From Tubiluchus corallicola (Eukaryota; Animalia; Priapulida), in assembly GCA_030141605.1 (NCBI GenBank), contig JAQGDQ010000349.1, positions 187,997 to 250,736 on the forward strand: a stretch of DNA of 62,740 nt. The letters are read 5' to 3'. A program made the translations under genes and the position numbers. The notes below the pieces were generated by a model that was given only the letters and a program-made list of their open reading frames with translations, searched no databases and was not told the origin of the DNA. Shown piece by piece: positions 12,880 through 26,098 of the stretch (its first letter is position 1; every line of letters starts with the position of its first letter).

Positions 12880-13415
12880 AAGACAGTTTCAATAGCAGAC
12901 ACGAAAGCTGTAGTAGTGGCAACAGTAACAACAATAACAAAACAAAAGCAGCTTCAATAGCAGTCACGGTAGCATTTGCAGTGGCGACAGTAATAACAAT
13001 AACAAATGAAAGCCGTTCTGTAGCACTCACGGTAGCATTAGTATTGGCAACAGTAACAACTATAACAAAAGAAAAGCAGTTTCTGCAGCAGTCACGGTAG
13101 CATTAGCAGTGGCGGCAGTAACAAGAATAATAAAAGAAAAGCAGTTTCAGTAGCAGTCACGGTAGTATTAGCAGTGTCAACAGTAACAAGAATAATAAAA
13201 GAAAAGCAGTTTCAGTAGCAGTCACGGTAGTATTAGCAGTGGCAACAGTAACAACAATAATAAAAGAAAAGCAGTTTCTGCAGCAGTCACGGTAGCATTA
13301 GCAGTGGCGGCAGTAACAACAATAATAAAAGAAAAGCAGTTTCTGCAGCAGTCACGGTAGTATTAGCAGTGGCAACAGTAACAACATTAACAAAACAAAA
13401 GCAGTACTGTAGCTG
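12880..13415. repeat. 65-bp minisatellite
   Basis: GAAAAGCAGTTTC starts at 13071, 13136, 13201, 13266 and 13331 (exact 65-bp period), with more diverged copies to the left. Confidence 0.95.
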
Positions 13416-15689
13416 TCAGGGTAACAGCAGTGGCAACAATAACAACAATAAAGCAGCAGCAACTACAACAGCAAGAAAATCAGCAGCAATAGGAGAAACA
13501 GTAGAAACAATAGACCAATGAAAATGTGTAGCAGCATCAGCAGCATTAGTAGTAGCAACAAGAATGGAGAACAGCAACAGCAGTGGTAATTGCAACAATA
13601 GCAACGGGAACAGGCGCAAAAGCAGCAGAAACAACAACAACAGCAGCAACAGTAGCAACAGGAACAAATGCAACGAATTAGTTGGTTACTGCAGCATCAA
13701 TGTTTATTTTGAAACATGCTGTAGATTACCAAGCAAAAACGACACACCACAAATTAACAGCTAGTCTATCTTTTAAAAGTTCACGTGAAGGTAATTTTTG
13801 TAAAAGCAGCAATCATAACTTATTTAAGCACCTGTACCTATATCAGTCGCTCTTCATTAATTATGTAAAAACAATGGGTTACTTATTTGTCTTTCATCAC
13901 AGGAGTGCATGAAGGTACGACGTAATGAAATGGAGTAGACAAGAATTAATAACATTTTCCCCTCACATTAGGTGTAACTTATTCTTAAGAAACTGCAACT
14001 CTAAGAGAAACCAGTAAGAATAGCGTACTGATTTTAACTTTTTTTCCTTACCGAAGTGTTCATGATTACAAATAATCACCGAGTTTTTCATTTCCATTCT
14101 ATAATCTAAAGCCATTATTTACCTTACAAAAACGGATGATTTGACCACTGTGAATCTTAGCGACATCTGGTGACAAATTGTTTTCTCTAATGCAAAAACT
14201 ACCACCTTGTCACGTGTAGCCTTTGCAAAATCAGCAAAGCCCCGAGGAAAGCAATGGCACAATAACACCAAACCAGGGGTAAGAAGATTTCCCGTAATCA
14301 AGAAATCAAATTTTGCAAAAATTCGCCGTTACGAAAGCAAATAAAATTTTCATTCCAACGGGCAGAGAATTTAGCCTACAGTCTAGGCTAGGGGATTTTA
14401 GAGACAGAAGTGTTTGCTCTGATGATTGCACTGCAGAAAATAATTATTATTGCAGCAAGAAGGAAGAATGGTGAAAAATTTATTATTGTAGCACGCGACA
14501 TTGTAACATCACGTAATGCGGAAGCCGATTAGCTTGCTCTTGCTGACAGAAGCCGCTAACATAACAGTAGCCCTGGTCGTTTCCACTGTCGCTGTCGTTT
14601 GCAACGTTGTCGTCATCATCATCATTACCATCAAAATCAAAGTCATGTTCTACAAGAACACCTGGGTCACTTGGACACATACGCCATTTAAGACACAAGA
14701 ATTCAAAACTTGTAAAGAGTAGGACATTTAGCCATGTGCAGTATACTTCTCTTTGTCCAACGTTTTCGATTCTTTCTCACAGGTAGCCTCAACTGACGAA
14801 CCGCAACTCGCCTTTTGGTTAACCCAGGCGAAAGGGCATGACAAATAAAATCATTCCAATGCATCACGAGTAACGATAAAGGCTGTTGAAAAATTTGCAC
14901 AAAAACTGGAAAACAATTCCACAACAACTAACATTTTTTTATAGTTTCCGAGAAGCTTGACGGCAATCTGATCTGCGCATGCGTCCCTTCGTCTATGCCC
15001 TTCGGTTGCTGATAGCCTAAGGTCAGTGAAACCCTTAATCCGCTGGCAACGACCATGTAAAGATAGTTAGTAGCTGTCTGAAGGAAACTTACTTGATGAT
15101 AGTAAATCTTATGAAATAAGCTTACGCTTAGAACTAAGTTGCTTGCTTTAACACGATGTGATAAACATTTGTTCATTAAAATTGAATAAATTTGCCAACT
15201 TTATTAAAAATTAATTGGAGTGACCAATTTTATTAATTTGTTAATTCTGCTCATTAAACTTATAAGTATTGCTTAGCAAAAATTAGTTTGTTTTCGTTCT
15301 GTTCTGATGACGTCATGACGGAAGATGTGCATGATGATGTTCATGACGATGAATGATGATGTTCAGTATTGGTGAATATTGACTTAACAAATTAACATTA
15401 ACTTAATGTAACATTAGGGAACATTAACTTAAATTAGATTGCTGGAAAATGTAAACATTGGATAAAAGGTAAAATATTTTATTAAATTAATTGCCAAAAA
15501 CAACTTTCTGCACCAGATTTAGTGGGTCCTAATACTGTAGGATATGGATATGGGCTATTACTGTGTTGCCTTAATAAATTGTTTTTTACTTTATTATTCA
15601 CTATACGAACAGTATTTGTGTTCTTCTTCATGTGTATGAGTCGATTTCGGCCAAATAACTGAATTATAATTCGGCTAAATTTATTTATT

Positions 15690-15786
15690 TATTGTACAAA
15701 AAGTACGTTAACACGAGGCAGTCGCACAATGCGTCAGTAACGTGTATTGTGTGACTGTGTTGTGTTAATGTACTTTTGTACTAATA
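15690..15786. repeat. ~97-bp imperfect hairpin/inverted repeat
   Basis: TATTGTACAAAAAGTACGTTAACACGAGGCAGTCGCACAATGC pairs with GTATTGTGTGACTGTGTTGTGTTAATGTACTTTTGTACTAATA around a ~10-nt loop. Confidence 0.85.
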
Positions 15787-17329
15787 AGATAATGATTCAT
15801 TGAATTAATGCACAGGAATAAGAACAGACAACAACAAAATTACGTTTCCACTTTTTTGGTTCTCAACTAACATGCCATGTGGCTTTGAACACGTTTTTTA
15901 ACGTGTTTTATTGATCATAATATAATAAAGATGTTTAATTCGTGGGGTAAGTCTTACTTGATAAATTCTAAATCTAAGAAAGTTCAAGATCAAATTACCT
16001 CTATCAATTTTATCAATTATCGTTACTGATACGTGCCTCTCGCATTAAAAATTCTTCTGATAACATAAATAATTCATTTAGTGGCCAAATTTGACTATGA
16101 TAGCAATAATATAATCGATTAAAACGGCAACTGAAGCGACAGAATTAGCGCACAAAGTCGATGTGTGAAAGAAATGAATAAAACTCCCAAATGTGATTAG
16201 ATTTCCTGCGAATCTGCTTTAGGTTTTTCAAGGAATTTATGAGCTCGAATAGAGGAGCATTTCTCCCGCTAATCTCCGTCAATGAGTATCTAATCTGCTG
16301 CAGCCGACTGAAGCGTTTTCTAAACCTGGCAACATTCACATTTATAACACGCTGAAGGCGGAAGTGCATTTTACAGCAAATAAAAATTTTACGTATATCA
16401 ATGATTATTAGCAGTTGATCAGTTAGCCGGTCGGTCGATCGATCGATCGGTTCGTCGCTAAGTCAGTCACTTTGCCAGTTAAGTAAGTTAGTTAGTCAGT
16501 CAGTCAATCAATTAGTGAGTGAGTGAGTGAGTGAGTCAGTCAGTCGGACAGTTAGTCAACTTTCCTTCAAGTAGTAAATCCAACTTCCATGCCCTAAGAT
16601 CTCTCATAATATCATAGTAGTTCTATCTTCTATCAGTATCTTCTATTTGCCTTTTAAATTGATTTTTGCAATCTTATCTTATGACAATAAAATAAAGATA
16701 TAAACTTATGCAGTATACGTTTAATGGTCTAAATAAAACACCAGCTCCAAACCTTCTACGTGTTTACCATAAGTCGAAAGCCATCTCGTGCATGGACCCG
16801 CCATCGTCACCATGGCACAATCTTGTTACCAAGCGAAGCGTGACGGTCAAAGGAAGAAAATATCCAATGAATCTACACAGCGGCTTATCTGCTATTCCTA
16901 AACGAGGCAATTTCCCGAAAGCAGGGAAAATTTGAATTTTTGAACTTTGCGCTGAATTTTGTTTAAGAATGTTGCGCGCTTCTTTCCTATTAACTCTCTT
17001 TAATACGATGGTGGTATTTGCGGTGTTTGAAAAACGATAATTTCAAATGCAAATTGGACGGGATGTTTAAAAAGACCGATAAAGGAGACGAGTTTCCGAT
17101 TTTCTTTTCGTAAAGTTGTGATTGGCGACCATAAATTAACCTGTTATAATCCTGCTTATACTGCCGAGTAAAATTCATCTAAATTGCCTTATAAATAAGA
17201 TAATTATAAGATCGACAAATCTCTATTTTAATCCTAAATTGATGATGGGGAGCTGCATATTTATCCTTTTATGGAAATACACACAAGCAAAACGATTCAA
17301 ATTAACACGCTCCATCACTTGCTCAACAA

Positions 17330-18130
17330 CTAAATGGTTACTTTGTCACTACAAGGTGTGAAGTTGAATGATGTAAAGCAATCAAATCTAAGAATTTTGT
17401 TTTTTAATAAAGCACTGTAGTACTAACGGAATCATTTAAGACCTGCTCGAATGACGTGCGTGAAGACATTCAAGTCAAAGAATCTTTTATGTGTGATCAA
17501 AGCGCATGTAGTGATAATGGAAAAATATCAATGCAACTGAGGAGCCAGCAGCCATTAAAACTCTTCCGTAAGTACTACAGTGTTTTGATTATAAGTAAAA
17601 TTCTTTAATTTGAGTGTCTTCTTACTATTCAACTTTGCACCTGGTGTAATGAGCAACTGTGGGAACCGAAGTTTTCATTTGTAAAAGATGAATATGTAGA
17701 ATCACAAAAGACTGAATTCATCAGTCTTGCAGATGATGACCATAATGATGATCATGCAGGTCAGCTTTGAAACAGTCTGCTTGTGTTTATTTTCACAAAA
17801 GGATGAATTCACTTTTTTGTGATTCTACATATTCATCTTTTACAAATGAAAACTTTGGTTTTCACAGTTGCTCATTACACCAGGTGCAAAGTTGAATAGT
17901 AGGAAAACATTCAAATTAAAGAATTTTACTTATAATCAAAACACTGTAGTATTTATGGAAAAGTTTTAATGGCTGCTGGTCTTGCAGATGCAGATGATGA
18001 CCATAATGATGATCATGCAAGTCAACTTTGAAACAATCTGCTTGTGTTTATTTTCACAAAAGGATGAATTCAGTTTTTTGTGATTCTACATATTCATCTT
18101 TTCCAAATGAAAAATTCGGTTCCCATAGTT
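17330..18130. repeat. Mixed inverted/direct repeat mosaic of a ~260-bp unit
   Basis: 17545-17722 is the reverse complement of 17802-17979. 17980-18130 directly repeats 17725-17870. A more diverged partial forward copy lies at about 17330-17440. Confidence 0.92.
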
Positions 18131-18473
18131 AGTGACATCCAAACCAATAGTCGATATTTGAGGGGGTGACAAATTAGAAGAGTTGTTGTACCAAATTGGA
18201 TAAAATGTCAACAAGAACTTGAGATTTTCATCCATGGACTTCCATGCAGGCAATATTTTACGAGTCGACTGCCTCGGTAAGTGATAAAAGTCACTAAAAG
18301 CAACAAGCCACAGGGAATGGGAAACCTAGTGACAATGTACGTCGTCATTCCTCTTGGAACTATTTGTTTCCGTCCGAAGAGTTTCCGCTACACCTCCAAG
18401 GCTTGATGCACACGTATTATATAAGTTTATTGATGAAGACAAGTGGCAGATAATACAATGCAATAAAATGTAT

Positions 18474-18770
18474 ATACAATACAATACAATACAACACAAT
18501 ACAATACAATACAATACAATACAATACAGTACAATACAATACAGTACAATACAGTACAGTACAGTACAGCACAGCACAGCACAGCACAGCACAGCACAGC
18601 ACAGCACAGCACAGCACAGCACAGCACAGCACAGCACAGCACAGCACAGCACAGTACAGTACAGTACAATACAATACAATACAATACAATACAATACAAT
18701 ACAATACAATACAATACAATACAATACAATACAATACAATACAATACAATACAATACAATATAACACAAC
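18474..18770. repeat. Compound pentanucleotide microsatellite (AATAC)n-(AGTAC)n-(AGCAC)n-(AGTAC)n-(AATAC)n
   Basis: Direct inspection; explains the CIVLY/CCAVL ORFs. Confidence 0.98.
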
Positions 18771-19559
18771 ACAATATACAAAGACAATAAACCTAAATGA
18801 TTGGTTTGGCATCATCGTACGATAACATTTTGTATACAATAGCATAAAAACAGTACATTTAAGGAAAAAAGAATAAGATTATAAATAAATAACCCGAATG
18901 GCTGAGCACAATAATTATGAGTTAATACGTGAATTTTAAAGTTAATTGCACTATTAAACAGATATTCAATTATCCGGGCCTTATTCTTGTTTCATAACTT
19001 CTTTTTATTAATTTTGCTACTAACATCCTCAAGAAACTTATAGTCTCAAAAAGCTCCTTGAGTTTATGCAAATCAATAAACCAGAATTATTAGTCCTTTG
19101 ACTCTCTATCCAATGACCTTTAACCTTATACACAAGTGTGCAAAAAAACGTTTCTCTTTTCGCAAAGCGAGTTTCTCCTACGTAGTTTGTATACACGGTT
19201 CAACTGTACCTGCCTTTCATTTGGCTTATGAACACGCATTGTGTTTCAAAAACTATGTAGTGTGGGCAAACCAAACTTGCTTTTTGTATAATATGGATAC
19301 TAGAAAGGCCATGTTGACCTCTGCACGTCCAATAACCTCTAAACTTATGCAAAGGTGCGCAAAAACAGCTGTTGTCATGTTTTACAGCTATGCTTCGTTA
19401 ATGCCATTTGCTTTCTAATTTTATCCGTTGTGTTACTAATGCGATTGCTAAAGATAGTAAATCAAGTTTGACTGAGTAAAACAATTATTGTTTCATAGCG
19501 ATTTCAAAAATATCTGAAGCTCGCAATTCTTCTAAAATCTGCTGATATACTTAGCCCTT

Positions 19560-20375
19560 CATCTGATCGGTTTGGCTTCAAGCAAAAACATACAACTATA
19601 CACGCAAACAATGCTTTAAGAGAAATCTATTCTAGTTTCTCTGATAGTGGCGGACAGTACACCCCATTATTTCTTAGATGTCACTAATGCCTGTAATGTA
19701 TTTGAAAAGATAAACCACCTTTAGCAAACTCGAGCAGCGTGAAATGCCCAATTTGTTCTTACATTTATCCGAAACTGGTACCTGCCAGATGTTTTTACTG
19801 TGATTATCGGTGCTAGGCAGGGTGGGGTTTTCTTTCCCTACATATTCAGTGTGCACGCAGACGACCTCAGCTCAAAGCTGACTCTTTTGGGTCTAGGCTA
19901 TGAGATTGGTAAAACCATTACTAATGATTTGTTTTATGCCAATTACACGGCACTCCTAATACCTTGTGATGCTGCTGTGCAATTACTAATTGACAGCTGT
20001 GCGAATTTTGCTAATTCTCATAATATCATGTTCAGCACAACCAAGACCAAATGCAGGCTTATAAATGGCAAATTCTGCATACCTTGGATTTGACACATAT
20101 TCTGAAATAATGATTCTCCTCTTAAATTTCGTAATTATTATGATTATTTCAGGTTATGTACTTACTTCAGATTTGCGTGATGACGAGGATGTGAAACGCA
20201 GTTAAAAGTTCTTTATGCAAGGGCAAATACTTTATTGGTTCAGTTGGCTGAGTGTTGTGCAAATACAAAGATAACGTTGTTCAAATCGTATGCACGTGCC
20301 TGGTGGTGTAACTTCTAGTACAACTACACTTTCTTAAAGGTGGCTTATAATAATGCATTTCATAAGCTCTTGTTG
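19560..20375 (+). mobile_element. Decayed LINE reverse-transcriptase fragment (L2/CR1-group)
   Basis: Translates with frameshifts to FGFKQKHTT, GARQGGVFFPYIFSVHADDLSSKL, LFYANYTALL (degenerate YADD), NIMFSTTKTK, DLRDDEDVKR, LYARANTL and KVAYNNAF, i.e. RT domain motifs plus the same C-terminal family as 9024-9660. Confidence 0.85.
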
Positions 20376-22444
20376 TGAACTTGAACAAGTCCACAAGTCT
20401 CTGGTTGTATTGGTGTGTTTACGCATAATAGTTGGTCTGATTGGCCCTATTTTTTTGAAAGGTATGATTGGCGGATGAATACTTGATTGAGGGAAAACTT
20501 TTTCTAGATCGGTTTTGAGGCAGGTGTGGCTTTAACTTTAGAAAAAACAGGTTGTGTTACTGATTCTAACCAAAACTATGGAATTAAAATTCTAGAAATT
20601 TATCTTGGAGTTAAGGTGTTTTGTGATTAGGTTTTAAACTAGTATACTGAATTTCTGTGATAAAAGGAAATTCACGACAGCTCTTCGATTTTTGCAAAGA
20701 TGTAATTTAAGTGAAAAATTTATCAGTTTTAACATTCCTAACTATGACGTCATTACAAGATAGTTCATTTGTATGTGAGCTGACATAACTACTCAATGGT
20801 ATGATTGGCAAACTACATGTTTGCTGTCCGGATCATGAAACAAACAAGTGAAATTATTGGAAAAGATTATATTTAGCATTATGTAATAAAATCTTTAATG
20901 TTTTTAAAAATGTAATTTTTATTGCGTTGTATGCATTTAGGTGTTGTATATTTTATTTATCTGCCTTATGTATTTATATATTGTGTCTGGGAGTGTACGT
21001 AGATATTTTAAGTGGTTTCTATTGTAAATTCCATAGTAATCTGTATAGCTGAGTGTTTAAATGTTTTTATAAGGCTGCTTACCTTTTAAATGCGCGAACC
21101 AAATTTTAAACAAAAAAAATGAAAAACAAAAATGTTTCTACGTTTGCAAAGAAAATTTCTCCTACGTTCGAATTGTCTGTATACAAGGTTCAAGTGTGCC
21201 TGCCTTTCACATATTTTATGAACGTGCATTATACCTCAATCATTCTCTAGTGTGTGGAAAGCAAATTAGTTTTATGTTCAAACAGGATACTACATGAACT
21301 AGATGCTAAAAAAGTCATTTAATCTTGAGTACAGTCCAGTAAAACGTTTGACCTTCTGCACAGGTATCCACAATTTTTGTGTTTGTCTTTATACAAAGCA
21401 ACCAGGTGCGTCTGCCTTTTATATACCTGCTTCAATCGATGCCATCTGTGAAAGTTGTAACTGTATATTTAGGTGCTGCCATCTATTGATTCGTTACTTT
21501 AACATTTACTAGTTCAATTCACCCCTTAATGCATTTGTATGGTCCAATGAATATTCAAACTCACTGTATCTCCCCTATTTTACTGTAATGGGATATGTGA
21601 AGCCATGTTTTTGCATAGTTCTTTACATATATAAACTGGCTAGATTCCACTTCTAGCCACTGTCTACTCATTCGTGATCACTGCAGGACACGCTGGTCCT
21701 CAGTGTAACAGTCATGTTACATATAACTATGTAGTGCAATAAAAGTGTTTTAGTTTGTGCAAATATTTAATCTTGTGTTTAGTTGTTTCTACCAGTGTTC
21801 AATTTCGACTTCACAAATATCTTTCACACCATCTATTCGTGACCATCACAAATTGTCTGAGCACTGAGCAGCCATTAACTGTGGTGTTTTCCTCATTCCC
21901 GTAAATAACGCCGGTCTTCTGATGTGATAAATTCCGTAACAACATCGGTTAATCATGCCCTTCGAGTCCTACTGTGATACAAAATTAAATTATGGTCTGC
22001 ATCACGCTATGCCAATAATTCTGGGCTTCTCGATTACACTGTCATTCGATTGATGTAATCAGATTTGTCTAAAAGGTGTACAGGATGTATCTTGTGTGCG
22101 TGTTAGGTTTTATACACTTGCGTTTGAAAAAAATCAGGCACGCTATGGATAGTTTAATGAAAAAACAGGAAGCCTTGTACTTGTGGCATGTTGTATTTCG
22201 TTGTCAAATTTTCTTTTTTATTCTTTATTTGTTACTTATTACTTATTATATTAATAGCTACTTGCTGCTAAATTCGTGATAGTGTTCACTTCGTATAGAT
22301 AATGATAAAAGTGATTTAATGCAAATGTCCTCTAATATGAGATATTCAATGGACAGAAGCTTCTTGACCAAGTTCATGTGCACACGCGCTCATTCGGTGT
22401 GTTAAATAGCAAAGGGCAGTGCGACAGAATCACTTTCAAAAAAG

Positions 22445-22510
22445 GTTTTCGCGCTCGTCACCCATCCATTTACTAGGCAGTTGCAGGTTCAATGCTGCTT
22501 AAGTTCGTTG
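22445..22510 (-). mobile_element. 5S rRNA-derived (SINE3-like) fragment
   Basis: GTCACCCATCCATTTACTAGG...TGCTTAAGTTCG resembles the reverse complement of the 5S internal control region (GGTCTCCCATCCAAGTACTAACCAGG...TGCTTAGCTTC). Related copies occur elsewhere in the window. Confidence 0.5.
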
Positions 22511-23006
22511 CTAGACACATTACATGATTACGTAGCTGTTCCGTCCAAGTTAGAGATTATGGAAGAGTGATTTAGAAGCAAAGGATTTATTAGTTGTAAC
22601 TCTTTTTTAAGAGTTGAAAAGCATGCATATGATTTAATCATAAGAAACTCCCATCAAGAACAAAGTTCCAACACGTTTATTGAAATGTTTACACTAAGGT
22701 CATAAATCATAATTTGATTGATTGTAATATTAATATTAATATTAGAAATAGTTTTTCTGGCGGTCCCCATCTAATTACTAATGCCTAGATTACTGATCGT
22801 GGTAGGCAGTCTTCAACCTCGTACGGTAAGTACATACTAACAAACGTGTTTAAAATTTGCAGATTCTATAAATAAAAAATAGTTGGACAAATTGTTTAAC
22901 CGGGTCAGACTAAAAACGTAAGGCTTCGTATATCATTCAAATTGTTATTAGGTGTTTTGAGGTTTGTGCTTTCAGCTTTTCCCGCATTGTCAGCTGACGC
23001 GGACGT

Positions 23007-23760
23007 ATTTATTTATTTGTTTATTCAACCATTGAGCAAAGTAAACTACAAAAGAGAAAGAAAAACTAGACATAAAAACATTCTTCATTGAAATAAAGTA
23101 ACCACGCGTATGTGGTATAATGCTTCAAGCAAAAACCGCATACAACAGAGCAACATACATACATACCATAAAACTTAATATTATTACAGTTAGTCAGTCA
23201 GTCAGGCTTGCACTAAGTTATCTCGGTCGAGCCTGCGTTAAAATCTTTTGTGGACCAATTTAGCATTAATTTTAATAACTTCTACATCTTGTGACGCATT
23301 TAAAAACACGAACTTCTCATTAGAAGACATGTAATGAAAGTTAGGCCAAAAATCAGAAAAAATACAAAAACGTTCCTGTCTTATATGAGCGTAGAGTGGG
23401 GCATTCAGTAATTACATGTAATTCATCCTGTTGTTTGTTCAAACAACATTTTTTATATACTGGTTGTTTTTGCAGGTATTTTTTCGGTCTATGATATCTA
23501 CTGATTTCAATTGCTAATTTATGAGAACTAATAGGAAATGTTGCTAAGTTAGTTTTGACATGTTTTAGAATACAAATCAACAAATAATTTTCCATCTTAT
23601 CAGAATATTTAAAAAGTTTGTACGTTCTAAATTTCTTGTTATTTTCATTCGGTGTAACCCAGTTCATTTCCTGCTGCCAGTACTGTCTGTACCGAGATTC
23701 AAGTTTATCATTGAGGGCGTTGATAAATTTCTTTTTTTTTAAATGTAACTTGGCTTTCAA
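23007..23760 (-). mobile_element. Decayed non-LTR retrotransposon 3' end with C-terminal Cys/His motif (RTE-X/CR1-group-like)
   Basis: ORF 23353-23760 reads KFRTYKLFK..MENYL...ISSHKLAIEISRYHRP...CCLN..QDELHVITECP, an ORF2 C-terminal zinc-knuckle-like motif. An (AATA)n-type tail lies near 23007-23025. Confidence 0.8.
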
Positions 23761-25740
23761 ACATGCTCAGAACCCAAATCGAACAAAACGTACCCAGTAT
23801 GACATCCCGCCCATACTTTCAAATTTTGGCGTAATTTTGGTCCGATTACGAAATGCAGCGCCTTTGAGGCTTTTGCAAGATAAAAGCTGCTTATTTAATC
23901 GGATCAAGCGACTCAATAACGGATTTAGTGTCGCTTCTCGTCGTGTTACAATGACCTAGCCAACTTCCCAAGGGCAATTAGGTTCATTTAAACAACCTCA
24001 GTAGCCACCAGCTTTATCGTGGAATAGATAATCATCAGTGCGACTGTGAAGAAACGAAGACCAAGTACTTTAATCACTTCTTAGGTCATTTACAACAGCA
24101 CCCGAGTTCAACCACAAGAGCTTTGCAATCCAGGACCTCTGACGAAACAGCACCTAATTATAGAGAATTCTGCGGTATGCTAGGAGGGCAGCAGAAGCTG
24201 CCGATTAAACTTCATGTCGAGATAATTGCTAACAGATTCTGTTTACTTGCAACTACCCGTCCACTTTCGCTTATGACTGTCATCTCGATTTTCTTGCATC
24301 GCTGATTCACGGTTACATGTTATGGGCGGCCAAAGAAAAGGCTTCCCAGGAGTCATCCAAGCGTAGGAGTCAGAAGAGAGCAACTATACAGAGTCCTCTT
24401 CTGCAGCTTTGCACAGAGTCAGACATCATGCGTAATAGATTTCTTATGAATACTAGCATGACGTAGCAGCTTTGGAGGTTGTTAAACCGTATGTTGCAAA
24501 AGTCGTCTCGCGAAACACTTGGGGTTTAGATGAGTTATTAATCTCGGGTCACGAAACGCAAGTAATTGGATCGGTGAGAAACTGCTTCTGAACGATTTCA
24601 TCTGCCATACTGCTTCTAGCGGTATTCTCTTGATGAAGAAAGATGTTTAATATTGTTTATGCACCGTAAACACACCTCAGCCAGTTTAGTGCTTTATTTC
24701 AGAGCATTTCTTTGATTGTTAGCTAGATTCTGGTCCCGGCACAACCATTACCGTTAGTAGACTGCTGTATGAATAACTGAACCCTTTTCATAATAAATAG
24801 CCATCAACACTTTTACATTTTCCCAAACATGAATATGTTTCCGCCTTTAAGGCGTCATCAGATCATCTACATTCTACAACAAGAGAAACAGTAATATTAT
24901 TATCAAGTTAATCATAAAGGTCAAAAGGTCAAATCATTAAATTAGAAAACAATTCTCACCTTTAGTTATTAGCTTATATGATAGTTATTGTTTTTCTTGC
25001 TCCAAATGCTCTGATGATTACTTAAAAGACGTAAATATATTCCTGATTGGAGAAATATAAAAACTGTTGACGGTTATTTGTTATCTTAATCCTACCAAGA
25101 GCTACTACTAGAATACCTTTTCATGTCACATATGGATATGGAACGGGACGACTAGTATAATTAAGCGACAGTTATTAGTGATAATAATTGATGTGAAAAT
25201 AATTACTTAGTGAAAATGATACTCTCTTTTTGGCACTGAGTTGCATCTTTATTTTGAAAAAATTTAACTTCCAGAGCACGCGTTTTGTTACAAAAATATG
25301 ACGTAATACGTATGATATATAGTATTATGTAACTCATTACATGACGTATATGGCATGTGTAATGTGTGATGTATTTTTTGGGTTTGACTGAAAGTTTACT
25401 GCAATCCGATATGAGGAAATAATTGCCAACAGAAACCATAAAGAAGAACCTAATAAGAGCTGAAAAAGTGATGAAAAATTCGACACTTTGCAAAACTGCG
25501 AGGAGGAAAATATGAAACCGACTGAGATAAAGTGTAAAAGCTTTTGCAGTCAGGAATCAATGATGCTGTATGACACTTGCAACTACTCGTGGGATTTACA
25601 GCTGATTATAAATTTATAGCAGAGCATGTGTTAGTACTTCCAATATGGCTGCGGCAGGCCAGCCACTGAAGGCATCAAATAAATTGTCATTGACCTAATA
25701 ATACTGTAAGAAGTATGGCTTGCAATTCTCTACCAAAAAG

Positions 25741-26098
25741 CGAATTCGGATCGAATCGGTGGCTTTCGAGCTCGAACCAAAACGAATTTCGAGATTTTCG
25801 AATCCGTATCAAATTTGAGTTCAGCTTTAAAGATTTTCAAATTAATTTTCGAATAGTTAATAAAAAGCGGTCTTACTAAGAAAAAAGATCATATTTCTTA
25901 AATTTGTTTTGCAATAAAAACACTAATATTTTGTTAAAAATTGTGCACAGAAATCGCAGCTAAATATTGCATGTTGTATTGAACGTTTTAATGATAAGGA
26001 AGTTAATTTTAGGTTAATCCATAATTTTAGGTTCGAATCGAACTAAAAAAACACGTTTGAATTCAATTCGAACGTTCGAGTTCGAACATTCGATGCTC
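25741..26098. mobile_element. Degraded non-autonomous DNA transposon with TTCGAA-rich ends
   Basis: Clusters of (T)TCGAA/GTTCGA at both ends (25741-25803, 26030-26095) surround an AT-rich core. It follows a short RT-like remnant (YCKKYGLQFSTKK at about 25702-25740). TIR/TSD not cleanly recoverable. Confidence 0.4.

Noticed and set aside
14119-14301. Possible exon with donor-like sites on either strand
   Set aside because: No matching acceptor with a compatible phase and no recognisable protein motif.
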